Shown here piece by piece: positions 9,869-20,322 of a DNA stretch of 64,000 nt; positions within the stretch are counted from its first letter, which is position 1; each line of letters opens with the position of its first letter. Where the stretch lies: positions 768,001-832,000 of the forward strand of contig CAWCKW010000012.1 of NCBI GenBank assembly GCA_963796285.1. The letters are read 5' to 3'. This DNA comes from Nitrospirota bacterium. Its GTDB lineage: Bacteria; Nitrospirota; UBA9217. Both the position numbers and the translations under genes were made by a program. The notes under the pieces are model-generated. The model made no database searches. It saw nothing but the letters and a program-made list of their open reading frames with translations, and was not told where the DNA came from.

Positions 9869-10176
9869 CAATCTATGCACCTACAAAAGTAATAATCTCC
9901 GTCGGAAACAATGAAACACGCAGAAAGGAATGTTGCAGCCAATGGTTTCACTTTCTGTGGCCCTAAGCTTGAATCAGGTTTATTGAGTGATCATAGCCAT
10001 CATAAAACGCATTAGACCTTCCTTCGACGTTAGAATAAACCTCATTCCTCCTATAGAACCACTATGAATTGGTGACGTTATTCAGGCCTTGTGCGCTCCA
10101 GCTCTTGACGGAGAGGGTCGATTGTGGTAGTTTATCATAACAAGAAAAACGGTTTACAGGGAGGTAGAAACAACAC

Positions 10177-11028
10177 ATGAACACGGTAAAAACAGTCGGA
10201 TTGATGGTATTTATGACCCTGCTCCTGGTCTTCGTGGGAGCGGCGCTCGGCGGCAGGAGCGGTATGGTAATGGCCTTTGCCATGGCAGCAATAATGAACG
10301 TTGGAATGTACTGGTTCAGTGACAAGATAGTTCTCAGGATGTACAAGGCGCAGCCGGTGACCGAGGCCGAGGCTCCCGAACTCCATGGCATAGTGCGGAC
10401 ATTGGTCCAAAAGGCCGGTTTGCCCATGCCCAAGGTCTACATTATCCCCGACGAGACGCCGAATGCCTTTGCAACGGGCAGGAACCCCGAGCACGCGGTT
10501 GTTGCTGTAACCCAGGGGATCATGAGGATCCTCTCCCGCGAGGAACTCTCGGGCGTGATCGCCCACGAACTGGCGCATATCAAGCACCGTGATATGCTTA
10601 CAGGAACGATCGTGGCGACGATCGCCGGCGCGATCAGCATGCTTGCCCAGATGGCGCAATGGTCCATGATCTTTGGAGGCAGGAGAGATGATGACGAGGG
10701 CGGAAGCCCGATCGTGGCGCTGGTCATGATGATTGTGGCGCCAATTGCTGCAATGATTGTACAGATGGCCATCTCGCGCACCCGCGAGTTCGAAGCGGAT
10801 AAAGGAGGTGCGCAAATCGCCGGAAGCTCCTCGGGACTGGCAAACGCGCTCCTGAAGCTGGAAAAAGGCTCACAGCTCGTCCCCATGACGGATGCGAAAC
10901 CCGCCACGGCGCACATGTTCATCGTGAACCCGCTCACCGGCGGCGGTCTGATGAAACTGTTCAGCACCCATCCGCCGATCGCGGAACGCGTGGCGCGGCT
11001 GAATGAGATGGCACGGGGAAGAAGGTAA
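10177..11028 (+). CDS. htpX: Zinc metalloprotease HtpX
   Basis: [13 protein letters not shown] (HExxH), [15 protein letters not shown]. Confidence 0.97.
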   Translation: MNTVKTVGLMVFMTLLLVFVGAALGGRSGMVMAFAMAAIMNVGMYWFSDKIVLRMYKAQPVTEAEAPELHGIVRTLVQKAGLPMPKVYIIPDETPNAFATGRNPEHAVVAVTQGIMRILSREELSGVIAHELAHIKHRDMLTGTIVATIAGAISMLAQMAQWSMIFGGRRDDDEGGSPIVALVMMIVAPIAAMIVQMAISRTREFEADKGGAQIAGSSSGLANALLKLEKGSQLVPMTDAKPATAHMFIVNPLTGGGLMKLFSTHPPIAERVARLNEMARGRR

Positions 11029-11043
11029 ACGCATGATCGTCAC

Positions 11044-11075
11044 AAGGGTTTAAGGGTAGCCTTAAACCCTTTTTT
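11044..11075 (+). terminator. Rho-independent terminator of htpX
   Basis: AAGGGTTTAAGG-gtag-CCTTAAACCCTT hairpin followed by T run. Confidence 0.85.
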
Positions 11076-11254
11076 ATGTCATATGTTCAAATGTGATTAG
11101 TTGTTTGAGGATCTATCTACGCAGAACAATTTATTTTCAAGCGCTTTGGAAACTTATACTTTATCGGGGGAATGTATTTGTGTTTTGATTTTTGTTATAG
11201 GGATTGTGCAGATATTGAATCTTTGGTTGTTATGGCATGTGAGGAGACGGGTCG

Positions 11255-12217
11255 TCAGAAAGGAAGATCAGGATTTGCACGCTGGTCAGGAATGCCGGCT
11301 TCGCTGCCCGGGAAGCTTTGATACATAGTACGGTCACCTTTCCCCGCAAGGGTATCTCTTCTGACGAACCGGGCCAAGGGCTCGTGGGAGGCGGGTAATA
11401 AATGATCCAGCTTCCGATCCATGCCAATATCAGCAAGCGTCAGCGCACTTTTCCATAAACGGCTACGCGAAGGGGCTCCGAGAACGGCCGTAAAAATAAG
11501 CCCTTTCCCCGTATCCATTGCGCCTACGAAACAGTGCCTTGCATTGCAGGTAAACCCGGTCTTTCCGCCTACCATATTGCTTCGGGACCAAAGCAGATTA
11601 TCCGTACTCGACAGATATAATTCCCTTCCCGCCGCTGTCTTGACCATCCATTCTTTTTTCCCGAGGATCTCCCTGATAATCGGGTAGGTGAGTGCCTTTT
11701 TCAGAATGATTGTCAGATCGAGGGCCGTTGTATACTGTCTCCCTTTAGGCAGACCAGAGGCGGTCACAAAATGGGTATCGTTGGCTCCGAGCTTTTTTAC
11801 CTTCTGATTCATCATTGCAACAAATGCGTCCTCCGAGCCGCCCCCCGCTTCGGCCAGGGCCACTGCCGCGGAGTTGTTGGACCTCATGAGCGCCAGATGG
11901 AGAAGGTCTGAAACCGTCAATTCGTCGTTCGTCATGAGCCTGGGTTTGCCTGAGCGTGCCGCCCTCGCCCTGCTGCTCACGATCACTTTTGCTGCCGGAT
12001 CCAGGTTATCGAGGGCAACCATGGCGGTCACAAGTTTTACCGTGCTGGCTGGAGGAAGCTTGACCGATGGGTATTTTGAAGAAAGGACCGAGTCATTCTC
12101 GTCAATCACGATCCACGCCTTTGCCGCAATGGACTTGTGTGAAAATGAATAGACAGGCTGCACTGCAGACAGCAGCGAGAAGGTGAACATCAAGCAAATA
12201 AATATAATTTTTCTCAA
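11255..12217 (-). CDS. D-alanyl-D-alanine carboxypeptidase (peptidase S11)
   Basis: Signal peptide, PASTVK (SxxK), SNN, GKTG motifs; TTG start inferred. Confidence 0.9.
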   Translation of the reverse strand: MRKIIFICLMFTFSLLSAVQPVYSFSHKSIAAKAWIVIDENDSVLSSKYPSVKLPPASTVKLVTAMVALDNLDPAAKVIVSSRARAARSGKPRLMTNDELTVSDLLHLALMRSNNSAAVALAEAGGGSEDAFVAMMNQKVKKLGANDTHFVTASGLPKGRQYTTALDLTIILKKALTYPIIREILGKKEWMVKTAAGRELYLSSTDNLLWSRSNMVGGKTGFTCNARHCFVGAMDTGKGLIFTAVLGAPSRSRLWKSALTLADIGMDRKLDHLLPASHEPLARFVRRDTLAGKGDRTMYQSFPGSEAGIPDQRANPDLPF

Positions 12218-12605
12218 GAGGTCTTCCTGTTCCGGAAAACAATTGTATTCAATGCGGGCATTATACATGAATAAAACTAAAAAGTATTGTAAATTCTTCA
12301 TTTTTAATAAGAAATGTAGCCTGATTGACGCTGGTTATAATATCATCGTGATTATGACCTGATTGCCGTTTTAAAGCGAAACAGAGGAAGATATGGATAT
12401 CGGCTAATGGTTACTTCTTTATAGGGTAAGAGGTTTTAACCTGTAAGATCTTCAGACCCTATACTTCAAGAAAGACTATCGGAATTTTCCTTTTCTTTCT
12501 TTATGGGAACAGTTATAATTATCCATCTTAGATTTTTACAAAGCGGGTATGGCCGCACGCAATACCGATACGTTGCCTATTCATGCAAACAATGCAGGGG
12601 TTCTG

Positions 12606-12952
12606 ATGCCGCATTCCAGTACATCCCGGAATCGTTCTTTTATTGCAGTTGCATACCGTGATCATATGGCGTCCGCCAACGGGCATCTGCAAAAAAACAG
12701 GACACTTTTATTGTTGTGATCGTACTGGCAGAGGTTGAGACGATACGGCAGTCACGTTATTCAGAGACCTTCTCGCCGTGAAAGGGAAGCGGGAACTGCC
12801 GCTTACGGACATGAACGTCTATCATCTCAACCGGCATCAAGGACGACGACTTCAGACCTGAGGTTGATTTCCATACCCCGGTGAACCGCGGAAATGCGAA
12901 GGTGGACGAGATGAACAGACTGCTGATGATCATTCTCCAGAAGCTCGATTAA
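12606..12952 (+). pseudogene. Frameshifted Hsp20/alpha-crystallin remnant upstream of lon
   Basis: Joining frames gives WRPPT-IC-KK-QDTFIVVIVLAEV..DDTAVTLFRDLLAVKGKRE..GIKDDDFRPEVDFHTPVNR..NRLLMIILQKLD*; about 3 frameshifts. Confidence 0.6.
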
Positions 12953-13026
12953 CAGTTCAGGACGGCATCTTGAATATTCAGAAACGCTTCAAGGACCTAT
13001 TCGGCAAACAGACCAGGAGCGAAAAC

Positions 13027-15399
13027 ATGGAAATCGTAGAACCTGAGAAGGAAAAGACAACGCCCGTCCCGGATGAACTGCCCTTGCTGCCACTGAAAGA
13101 CACGATCGTGTATCCGCTCACGGTTTACCCTCTGGTGATCGGAAAGGAAAAATCGATCAGGCTTATCAATGAGGTCACAGCCGGCGACAAGATCCTCGCT
13201 TTGACCGCCCAGAAGAAGGTGGATATCGAAGTTGCTGGCATAGCCGATATTTATTCGGTCGGGACGATGGCGAGGATACTCCAGATGGTCAAGGTCCCCG
13301 ATGGCACACTTCGGGTCCTGGTCCAGGGGATCGAGCGGATCAGTATTGCGGAGTTATCCCAGACCGAACCGTATTTTAAGGCCAGGATCAAAGCATTGCA
13401 GGAAAAGGCCGAAAAGTCCGTTGAGCTTGAGGCGCTTATGCGCGGGGTCTCCGAGGTCTTTCAGAAAATGGTATCGCTCACGCCCAACATGCCGGAAGAG
13501 CTTTCAGGCGCCGTTCTCAACATTGAAGATCCGCGCCAGTTGGCCTATCTTATAGCAACAAACATCCGGCTGGAACTGGTGCAACGACAGGAGATTCTCG
13601 AAATCGAATCGGTACAGGACAAGCTCACGAAACTCATGCAGTACCTGAACCGCGAAGTCGAGGTCCTCGAACTTGGCAGGAAGATCCAGGGTCAGGCCAA
13701 GGACCAGATGCAGAAGGCCGAGCGGGAGTATCTGCTTCGGCAGCAGCTTGCGGCCATCCGCAAGGAACTCGGCGAGGAGGGCGATGATGGCGCGGAGATG
13801 AAGAACCTGCGAGAGAAGATCGAGCAGGCCAAATTGCCTCCCGAGGCGGATAAAGAGGCCAAGCGGGAACTCGGACGCATGGAAAAACTTTCACCCGCGT
13901 CACCTGAATATTCCGTTATTCGTACTTATCTCGAATGGATGACCAGCCTCCCCTGGAACAAGACCTCGGCCACGGCCATTGATATTGCCAAGGCCAAGGT
14001 CACGCTCGACGAAGATCACTATGATCTTGAAAAGATCAAAAATCGTATTTTGGAGTACCTATCCGTAAAAAAGCTCGGTGAAGAACGAAGCGCCGATGAG
14101 GGGATCAGGACACGCGAACCCATCCTTTGCCTCGTGGGCCCTCCGGGTGTTGGTAAAACATCGCTCGGACAGTCCATCGCTCGCGCACTGGGCAGAAAGT
14201 TCATGCGTCAGTCGTTAGGTGGCTTACATGATGAGTCCGAGATTCGTGGCCATCGCCGGACTTACATAGGAGCCATGCCGGGCAGGATCATCCAGGCACT
14301 CAAACGGGTAGAGACCAGGGACCCGGTGATCATGCTCGATGAGGTCGACAAAATCGGTTCTGACTGGAGAGGAGATCCATCATCAGCGCTCCTCGAGGTG
14401 CTTGATCCTGAGCAAAACAAAGATTTTCGGGACAACTATCTCGACGTACCGTTCGACCTGTCAAAGGTCATGTTCATCACCACGGCGAACCAGCTTGAAA
14501 CCATTCCGCCGCCGCTCCTGGACCGCATGGAAGTGCTCCAGTTGCCTGGGTATACAGAGCACGAGAAAATGAATATTGCTCAGAAATACCTGATCCCAAA
14601 AGAGATCAAGGCAAATGCGCTCCGGCCCGAAGAGATCGAGATCCAGGATATCGCGCTCCGCGCCATTATCAAGGATTATACGCGCGAGGCCGGCGTCAGG
14701 AACCTGGAGCGTGAGATAGCGAACGTCTGCCGCAAGGTAGCTAAGGCTGTTGCAGAGAAAAAACCAACGCCTGTAACGATCAAGGCGGAGGAACTGCACG
14801 ATTACCTGGGAAGACCGAAATTTTTCGCCGAGACCTCTATCATGATCGACCGACCCGGCGTGGTCACGGGCCTTGCCTGGACACCCAGCGGAGGTGACAT
14901 ACTGTTTGTCGAGGCTTCACGGATGCCGGGGAGCAAGCAGCTGACCCTCACAGGCCAACTTGGTGATGTGATGAAAGAATCCGCCCAGGCAGCGCTCTCC
15001 TATGTGCGCTCGCAGGCGGAATCATTTGGGATCAACAAAGATTTTTTCGAGAAGAGCGATATACACATCCATGTGCCTGCAGGCGCGATCCCCAAAGACG
15101 GGCCGTCCGCCGGTGTTACCATGACCACGGCAATCGTTTCCATGCTCACGGGCAGGTTGGTAAAAAATGACCTGGCTATGACTGGCGAGATCACACTCCG
15201 CGGCAAGGTCATGCCGATTGGGGGGGTTAAGGAGAAAGTACTCGCTGCTAAGCGGGCGGGGATCAAAACGGTAATTCTTCCCCAGCAGAACAAGCATGAC
15301 ATCGAAGATGTGCCCGAGGACCTGCGCAAAGAGATGGAATTCATTTTCGTGGATACCATCGACCAGGTGATCGAGAACGCGCTTAAGGAAAAAAAATAG
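13027..15399 (+). CDS. lon: Endopeptidase La (Lon)
   Basis: LPLLPL N-domain, GPPGVGKTS Walker A, HRRTYIGAMPG, PKDGPSAG catalytic Ser, IGGVKEK. Confidence 0.98.
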   Translation: MEIVEPEKEKTTPVPDELPLLPLKDTIVYPLTVYPLVIGKEKSIRLINEVTAGDKILALTAQKKVDIEVAGIADIYSVGTMARILQMVKVPDGTLRVLVQGIERISIAELSQTEPYFKARIKALQEKAEKSVELEALMRGVSEVFQKMVSLTPNMPEELSGAVLNIEDPRQLAYLIATNIRLELVQRQEILEIESVQDKLTKLMQYLNREVEVLELGRKIQGQAKDQMQKAEREYLLRQQLAAIRKELGEEGDDGAEMKNLREKIEQAKLPPEADKEAKRELGRMEKLSPASPEYSVIRTYLEWMTSLPWNKTSATAIDIAKAKVTLDEDHYDLEKIKNRILEYLSVKKLGEERSADEGIRTREPILCLVGPPGVGKTSLGQSIARALGRKFMRQSLGGLHDESEIRGHRRTYIGAMPGRIIQALKRVETRDPVIMLDEVDKIGSDWRGDPSSALLEVLDPEQNKDFRDNYLDVPFDLSKVMFITTANQLETIPPPLLDRMEVLQLPGYTEHEKMNIAQKYLIPKEIKANALRPEEIEIQDIALRAIIKDYTREAGVRNLEREIANVCRKVAKAVAEKKPTPVTIKAEELHDYLGRPKFFAETSIMIDRPGVVTGLAWTPSGGDILFVEASRMPGSKQLTLTGQLGDVMKESAQAALSYVRSQAESFGINKDFFEKSDIHIHVPAGAIPKDGPSAGVTMTTAIVSMLTGRLVKNDLAMTGEITLRGKVMPIGGVKEKVLAAKRAGIKTVILPQQNKHDIEDVPEDLRKEMEFIFVDTIDQVIENALKEKK

Positions 15400-16283
15400 T
15401 GCGGGATACTTGTGACGATGCATCAGAACGCACCGGGAATGGCATTGCCACGAGGCAAAGACTGCCATCTTGGTTCAAGATCCGACTGGCAGCGAATGCA
15501 CGTTCGGCGCAGGTGCGCACTCTAATCAAAGGCAGCAGGCTCCATACGGTCTGCCAGAGCGCAGCCTGTCCGAACCAGATCGAATGCTGGAATGCCGGAA
15601 CGGTGACCTTTCTGATCTTAGGCAATGTCTGCACACGCGGCTGCCGATTCTGTAACGTGCCCAAGGGCGTACCGACTCAGGTCGATGACGATGAACCAGG
15701 TCGGGTTGCGCGGGTTGTGGCGGACCTCGGTCTCAAATACGCGGTCGTCACATCGGTTACACGCGATGACCTTGGCGACGGTGGGGCAGGCTCGTTTGCC
15801 GCTACGGTCCACGCAATCCGTTCAATCGCACCACATTCCACCATCGAAACGCTCATACCCGATTTTCAGGGGTCTGTTCCCGCACTATCAATAATGCTAA
15901 ATGCCAGGCCTGACGTGTTGAGCCACAATATTGAGACTGTCCCGTCCTTGTACGGTACGGTGAGACCGCAGGCGTCGTACAAACGGTCTCTCCAAGTGCT
16001 CGGATTCGCATCTGAGCGCGGATTCGTTACAAAGACTGGAATTATGCTCGGGCTGGGCGAGGGAACTAGTGAAGTTATTGAGGTCATGCATGATCTGAGA
16101 ACCGCTGGTTGTTCGGTTCTGACACTCGGACAATACCTGCAGCCAGGGAGACGATATCTGCCTGTCGTTGCATTCTACCATCCCGATGAGTTCGAACACC
16201 TTCGTGCAGTGGCATTATCCATGGGTTTTCGCAGGGTTGAATCTGGGCCACTGGTCAGAAGTTCGTATCGAGCGGGGTTGTGA
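15399..16283 (+). CDS. lipA: Lipoyl synthase
   Basis: CQSAACPNQIECW (CX4CX5C), CTRGCRFC, GQYLQP, VRSSY. Confidence 0.96.
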   Translation: MRDTCDDASERTGNGIATRQRLPSWFKIRLAANARSAQVRTLIKGSRLHTVCQSAACPNQIECWNAGTVTFLILGNVCTRGCRFCNVPKGVPTQVDDDEPGRVARVVADLGLKYAVVTSVTRDDLGDGGAGSFAATVHAIRSIAPHSTIETLIPDFQGSVPALSIMLNARPDVLSHNIETVPSLYGTVRPQASYKRSLQVLGFASERGFVTKTGIMLGLGEGTSEVIEVMHDLRTAGCSVLTLGQYLQPGRRYLPVVAFYHPDEFEHLRAVALSMGFRRVESGPLVRSSYRAGL

Positions 16284-16497
16284 AGAGTTACAGAACGATG
16301 GCCGGCAAGATATACCGGAGTTTTTATTGGTCGTGCACGCTTACCCATGTCAGATAAATATGTCCACCGGTTGAGTCCCACACGCAAACAATATCATAAG
16401 AGCTATATGCATATCGCCATATGAGCACCCAGGAAGGCAGACAGTAAAATTGCCATCAGGATACTCCAGATGCTCGGCAGGTGAGAAGGAATAAATC

Positions 16498-17607
16498 ATG
16501 AAGGTCTTGTATATTCTCAATGCCTCAAATTTTATCGGCATAGGCGGTATGGAATATCATCTGATCGATATTTCGAATTGGATGGAAGCGAACGGCGTCG
16601 AAACCGCATTGGCCATACGAAAAGACACCTTCGCTCATCGCACGCTGCTGAAAGATCGTCCGAATGTGCATGCATTATCATGGACGGGGATCAATAAAGT
16701 ATTTTCCTTCTTTCAGGTCGGCAAATTGATTCGCGATTTTTCGCCGGACATCATTTCGATCAACAGGGAGCGTGACATCATCCGGATATACTGCATCGCG
16801 AAATTTATGAGTATCTTTTCGAAGAAAAAACCGAAAATCATCGCATTTCTGCAAAATTCCGGGTGGAAAAGATTTTTTGTTTTGGGAAAGCTTGACGGGG
16901 TTATTTTCGCCACACAGTATATGAAGACTGGCTTTATCCCGAAGAACAGGTCCGCTGAAGGAAAATCAACGATTATCCATTATGGGATTCACCTACCCCA
17001 GGTCGATCTTGACGAAAAGCTCAGAGCCGACAGGGAGAGGCGGGTATTCAAAGGCAAACGTTTTCCTCTTATCGGCATGGTAGGAGAAATGAGAAAAAAC
17101 CAGACTGAGCTGATTGATGTCGCCTATCATTTGAAGAAGAGGATTCCCAATTTTACGATGGCATTCATAGGTAGGGGAAACGAGGACGAGATTGCCGCAT
17201 TACAGGAGAAAATTGATCGGTTGGGGTTAACGAATAATTTCATTTTTACTGGGAGAATCGATCGGGAACGAATCAACGACGTTTTTTTTGATCTCGATCT
17301 GTCGATCACGACACATCGGGGTGAAGCGTTCGGTATAGTCCACATTGAATCCCTTGCCTCTTATACACCGGTCGTTGCCTATAACTCCGGCGGACTGGTG
17401 GAAATACTCGAAAAAGGAGGGGGGATACTCGTCGATGGAGGCCCGGAGAAGATGGCGGATGCGGTCTCCTTGCTCATATCAGACCATGCCCTCAGAAAAT
17501 CCCTTGGAATAGAAGGAAGAATAGCAGCCGAGAAATATTTCAGTATCCAAGCGATGGGACAGCAAACCCTTGCTTTATATAATAAAATCATGGGAGAAAG
17601 GCGTTGA
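16498..17607 (+). CDS. Glycosyltransferase family 4
   Basis: GGME N-terminal motif, EAFGIVHIE (EX7E). Confidence 0.88.
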   Translation: MKVLYILNASNFIGIGGMEYHLIDISNWMEANGVETALAIRKDTFAHRTLLKDRPNVHALSWTGINKVFSFFQVGKLIRDFSPDIISINRERDIIRIYCIAKFMSIFSKKKPKIIAFLQNSGWKRFFVLGKLDGVIFATQYMKTGFIPKNRSAEGKSTIIHYGIHLPQVDLDEKLRADRERRVFKGKRFPLIGMVGEMRKNQTELIDVAYHLKKRIPNFTMAFIGRGNEDEIAALQEKIDRLGLTNNFIFTGRIDRERINDVFFDLDLSITTHRGEAFGIVHIESLASYTPVVAYNSGGLVEILEKGGGILVDGGPEKMADAVSLLISDHALRKSLGIEGRIAAEKYFSIQAMGQQTLALYNKIMGERR

Positions 17608-18629
17608 GTAGAACCTCGCTTTCTAATCAAAAAGATTCTAAGCCTCTTAGCGATCGAACTCACCTGATTGATGTGTCCGTGATCATTGTCAATTGGAATA
17701 CCCGGCAATTGCTTCTGGAATGCATCGCCTCTGTTTACGGCGTCTTGCAAAAGGGGTCCTTTGAATTAATCATTGTCGACAATGGAAGCAGCGATGACAG
17801 CGTTGAAGCTGTTCTGAAGTATTATCCGGAAGTACGACTGATCGTGAATCCTCAGAATTATGGATTTGCCAAGGCGAATAATATCGCATTAAAATTGATG
17901 CGCGGAAGATATGCATTGCTTTTGAACAGCGATACCACCTTAAGGAAAGGTGCGATTGACTTGATGCTCGACTTCATGGAACGCAGTCCTGATGTCGGAA
18001 TGTGTGGGCCGCAGCTTCTGAATGCCGACGGCACGAAACAGGCTTCCTTTGGGATATTTCCCACGATCCTGAACGCATTCTTGAGCAAAACGGTCGTACG
18101 TTTGTTGTTTCCCGGATATTTTAAAAGGACGGCAGCCATAAGTCAGGACGTCGGAACCGCACCCGCTGTCGTTGATTTTATCTATGGCGCCTGTATGCTG
18201 GTGCGGAGAGAAACCATGGATGATATCGGGTTGCTTGATGAAGATTACTTTTTTTTCTATGAAGAAACCGATTGGTGTTATCGGATGAAACGCGGCGGAT
18301 GGCAAGTTGTATATATCCCTGAGGCAGAAATCTACCATTACGGCGCTAAGAGTTCAAATCACATTAATACGCGGACCCGCATTGAATCATGGCGATCTCA
18401 GTATATATATTTTAATAAGAACTATCATTTATCGCGGCAAGGCCGTTTTTGCTTATACGTTTTGGGATTTCTGACAGTTTTAAAAAATTTTTTGGAGTAC
18501 AGTATATTGAACATTATTCTCGTCGGGAATCGAAAACGATCACGCATGCGATGGATCATGTATGCGAATCTTTTTATTTGGCACCTGAGAGGATTCCCTG
18601 AATCTATGGGATTGCCACGATCCAGATGA
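17604..18629 (+). CDS. Glycosyltransferase family 2
   Basis: VSVIIVNWN, VDNGS, GFAKANN, LLNSD, YEETDWCYR. Confidence 0.92.
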   Translation: MSRTSLSNQKDSKPLSDRTHLIDVSVIIVNWNTRQLLLECIASVYGVLQKGSFELIIVDNGSSDDSVEAVLKYYPEVRLIVNPQNYGFAKANNIALKLMRGRYALLLNSDTTLRKGAIDLMLDFMERSPDVGMCGPQLLNADGTKQASFGIFPTILNAFLSKTVVRLLFPGYFKRTAAISQDVGTAPAVVDFIYGACMLVRRETMDDIGLLDEDYFFFYEETDWCYRMKRGGWQVVYIPEAEIYHYGAKSSNHINTRTRIESWRSQYIYFNKNYHLSRQGRFCLYVLGFLTVLKNFLEYSILNIILVGNRKRSRMRWIMYANLFIWHLRGFPESMGLPRSR

Positions 18630-18710
18630 GAGAAAAAATGACGTAAAAGAAGCAGGGAATAGGCAGGAATTAACTCTTTAAAGACTACAGGGGAAAACCA
18701 TAATATTCCG

Positions 18711-18738
18711 AGTTTACATAATATACATTATCAGTCAT
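18711..18738 (-). other. dif site (XerCD chromosome dimer resolution)
   Basis: Minus strand ATGACTGATAA-TGTATA-TTATGTAAACT: 11-6-11 layout with canonical XerD arm, in AT-rich gap between convergent gene blocks. Confidence 0.88.
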
Positions 18739-18836
18739 TTTAAAATATGAAGTAATTAATTAGACTATTACTATAATATTATGATTTTATTGTATAAATA
18801 TAAAATGTGATCATTTGCATCTATTTTTTATCGCTG

Positions 18837-19697
18837 CTAGAACTTGACACTCATTAATCCTATGACCCGGCCTGAATTATCATAGCCCTCAATTTGTTTG
18901 TGCAGAGATTGCGTCCCAATCGTCAAGTTAAATTGTTCTGTTACCAGTCTCAGGCCATAGGTTAGTGCAGTGTAATCGCGTCCACTGAGGGTCATCGTGT
19001 CTTTATGTGTGATCAGGGAATACTCAATTAACATCTGGAGGTTCTTGTATTTACTGATCGGGAAAAGCAATCCCCCGTTAATAATCCCATACAGGTCCTT
19101 CAGCTTATCGTTCGTGAGGTCCTGACCCGCCATTTGACCATCGGCATAGATACCCAGCACATACTCCTTCCAGTTGATTTCGGTGCCAACAGTCATTCCT
19201 ATACGCATGCCCCAATGGGAAACCGAATTCATTTTTTTGTCGCTGTTATCTTCCGTCGGCATGATGCCGGTAACAATAAGCGCAACAGCAGGACGCAATG
19301 AAGCTTCCGGCTGATGAATGAAAGTCCATTTATAAGATAGCTCGATATCGCCGGTTTTTCTCGTGATCACGTTCGAACCGGTTGGACCTTCCGAAATGGT
19401 AAAGTAAGAGCTTTTGAACGCTAATTCTGAGCTATTCGAAATTCCAATGGTTGCAGTTAGCGGATATTCGGTGATGGTAAAATCGGGCTTGATACTGTTC
19501 TCAGATTGGATGGATGCCCCTATTTCGACTGTCCCCGGTGTAAGAGTAAATGGAGAGGTCGTAATAAGAAGCCCGGTGAGGCCGGACGTATTTACTGGAC
19601 GATTCACAATCTCCAGTTCTTCCGCCACTGCTACAGAAGGCCACAGAAACGGCAACGCGCACAAATTAAGCAATACGATGAATATGGTAGGTTTCAT
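18837..19697 (-). CDS. Exported protein, probable outer-membrane beta-barrel
   Basis: Signal peptide (..AVA-EE), alternating amphipathic strands, C-terminal Phe. Confidence 0.65.
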   Translation of the reverse strand: MKPTIFIVLLNLCALPFLWPSVAVAEELEIVNRPVNTSGLTGLLITTSPFTLTPGTVEIGASIQSENSIKPDFTITEYPLTATIGISNSSELAFKSSYFTISEGPTGSNVITRKTGDIELSYKWTFIHQPEASLRPAVALIVTGIMPTEDNSDKKMNSVSHWGMRIGMTVGTEINWKEYVLGIYADGQMAGQDLTNDKLKDLYGIINGGLLFPISKYKNLQMLIEYSLITHKDTMTLSGRDYTALTYGLRLVTEQFNLTIGTQSLHKQIEGYDNSGRVIGLMSVKF

Positions 19698-19714
19698 TAT
19701 TGTCAATTCAATCC

Positions 19715-20317
19715 TCACTTCTTGCCTATCTTAGGCTCTGTGCCTGAAAGGAGGCGCTTGATGTTCTCCCTGTGTCGATAGTAGCTCATACCGAAAATAA
19801 AGAGGGAAAGTAAGCCGTAGGGTTTTGGTAGGGATGAGTTCGCGAGGAAAGTTAAGCCAAGATAGCAAGCGAAAGCAACAAGCGCGGAGAGCGATGAGTA
19901 GCGCCAGACGTATGCGACAAGGACCCAGACGAGGAGACAGATGCACCCTATCCAGGGGGCAACCGCTAAGACCACACCGTAACTGGTTGCCACACCTTTT
20001 CCGCCCTTGAATTTAAGATAAACAGGAAAATTATGTCCGAGTATGGCTGCCCCGCCTGATAAAACAGTTATAACATCGTCCTGAAAAAGGAACTTCACAA
20101 TCAGCACGGGGATCAGGCCTTTCATGGTGTCCGCCAAAAGGGTCAGGATCGCGGCCTTTTTTCCCGCGACCCGCAGCACGTTGGTAGCGCCGATGTTGCC
20201 GCTCCCGACGGTTCGGATATCAACATCTGAAAAGAGCTTGCTGAAGAAGAGTCCGAAGGGAACAGCGCCGAGAAGATAGGATAAGAGGATTGCGATTATC
20301 TGGAAGAGAGTGTCCAT
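19715..20317 (-). CDS. plsY: Glycerol-3-phosphate 1-O-acyltransferase PlsY
   Basis: GSGNIGATN, GHNFP, FKGGKGVAT, RHRENIKRL. Confidence 0.97.
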   Translation of the reverse strand: MDTLFQIIAILLSYLLGAVPFGLFFSKLFSDVDIRTVGSGNIGATNVLRVAGKKAAILTLLADTMKGLIPVLIVKFLFQDDVITVLSGGAAILGHNFPVYLKFKGGKGVATSYGVVLAVAPWIGCICLLVWVLVAYVWRYSSLSALVAFACYLGLTFLANSSLPKPYGLLSLFIFGMSYYRHRENIKRLLSGTEPKIGKK

Positions 20318-20322
20318 AACGG

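Noticed and set aside
9780-10170. tRNA-Leu as an integration site for a genomic island
   Set aside because: No integrase and no duplicated tRNA 3' end seen in the window.
11101-11328. 75-aa ORF after the htpX terminator
   Set aside because: TTG start without RBS, overlaps the carboxypeptidase 3' end, and its hydrophobicity is explained by T-rich DNA.
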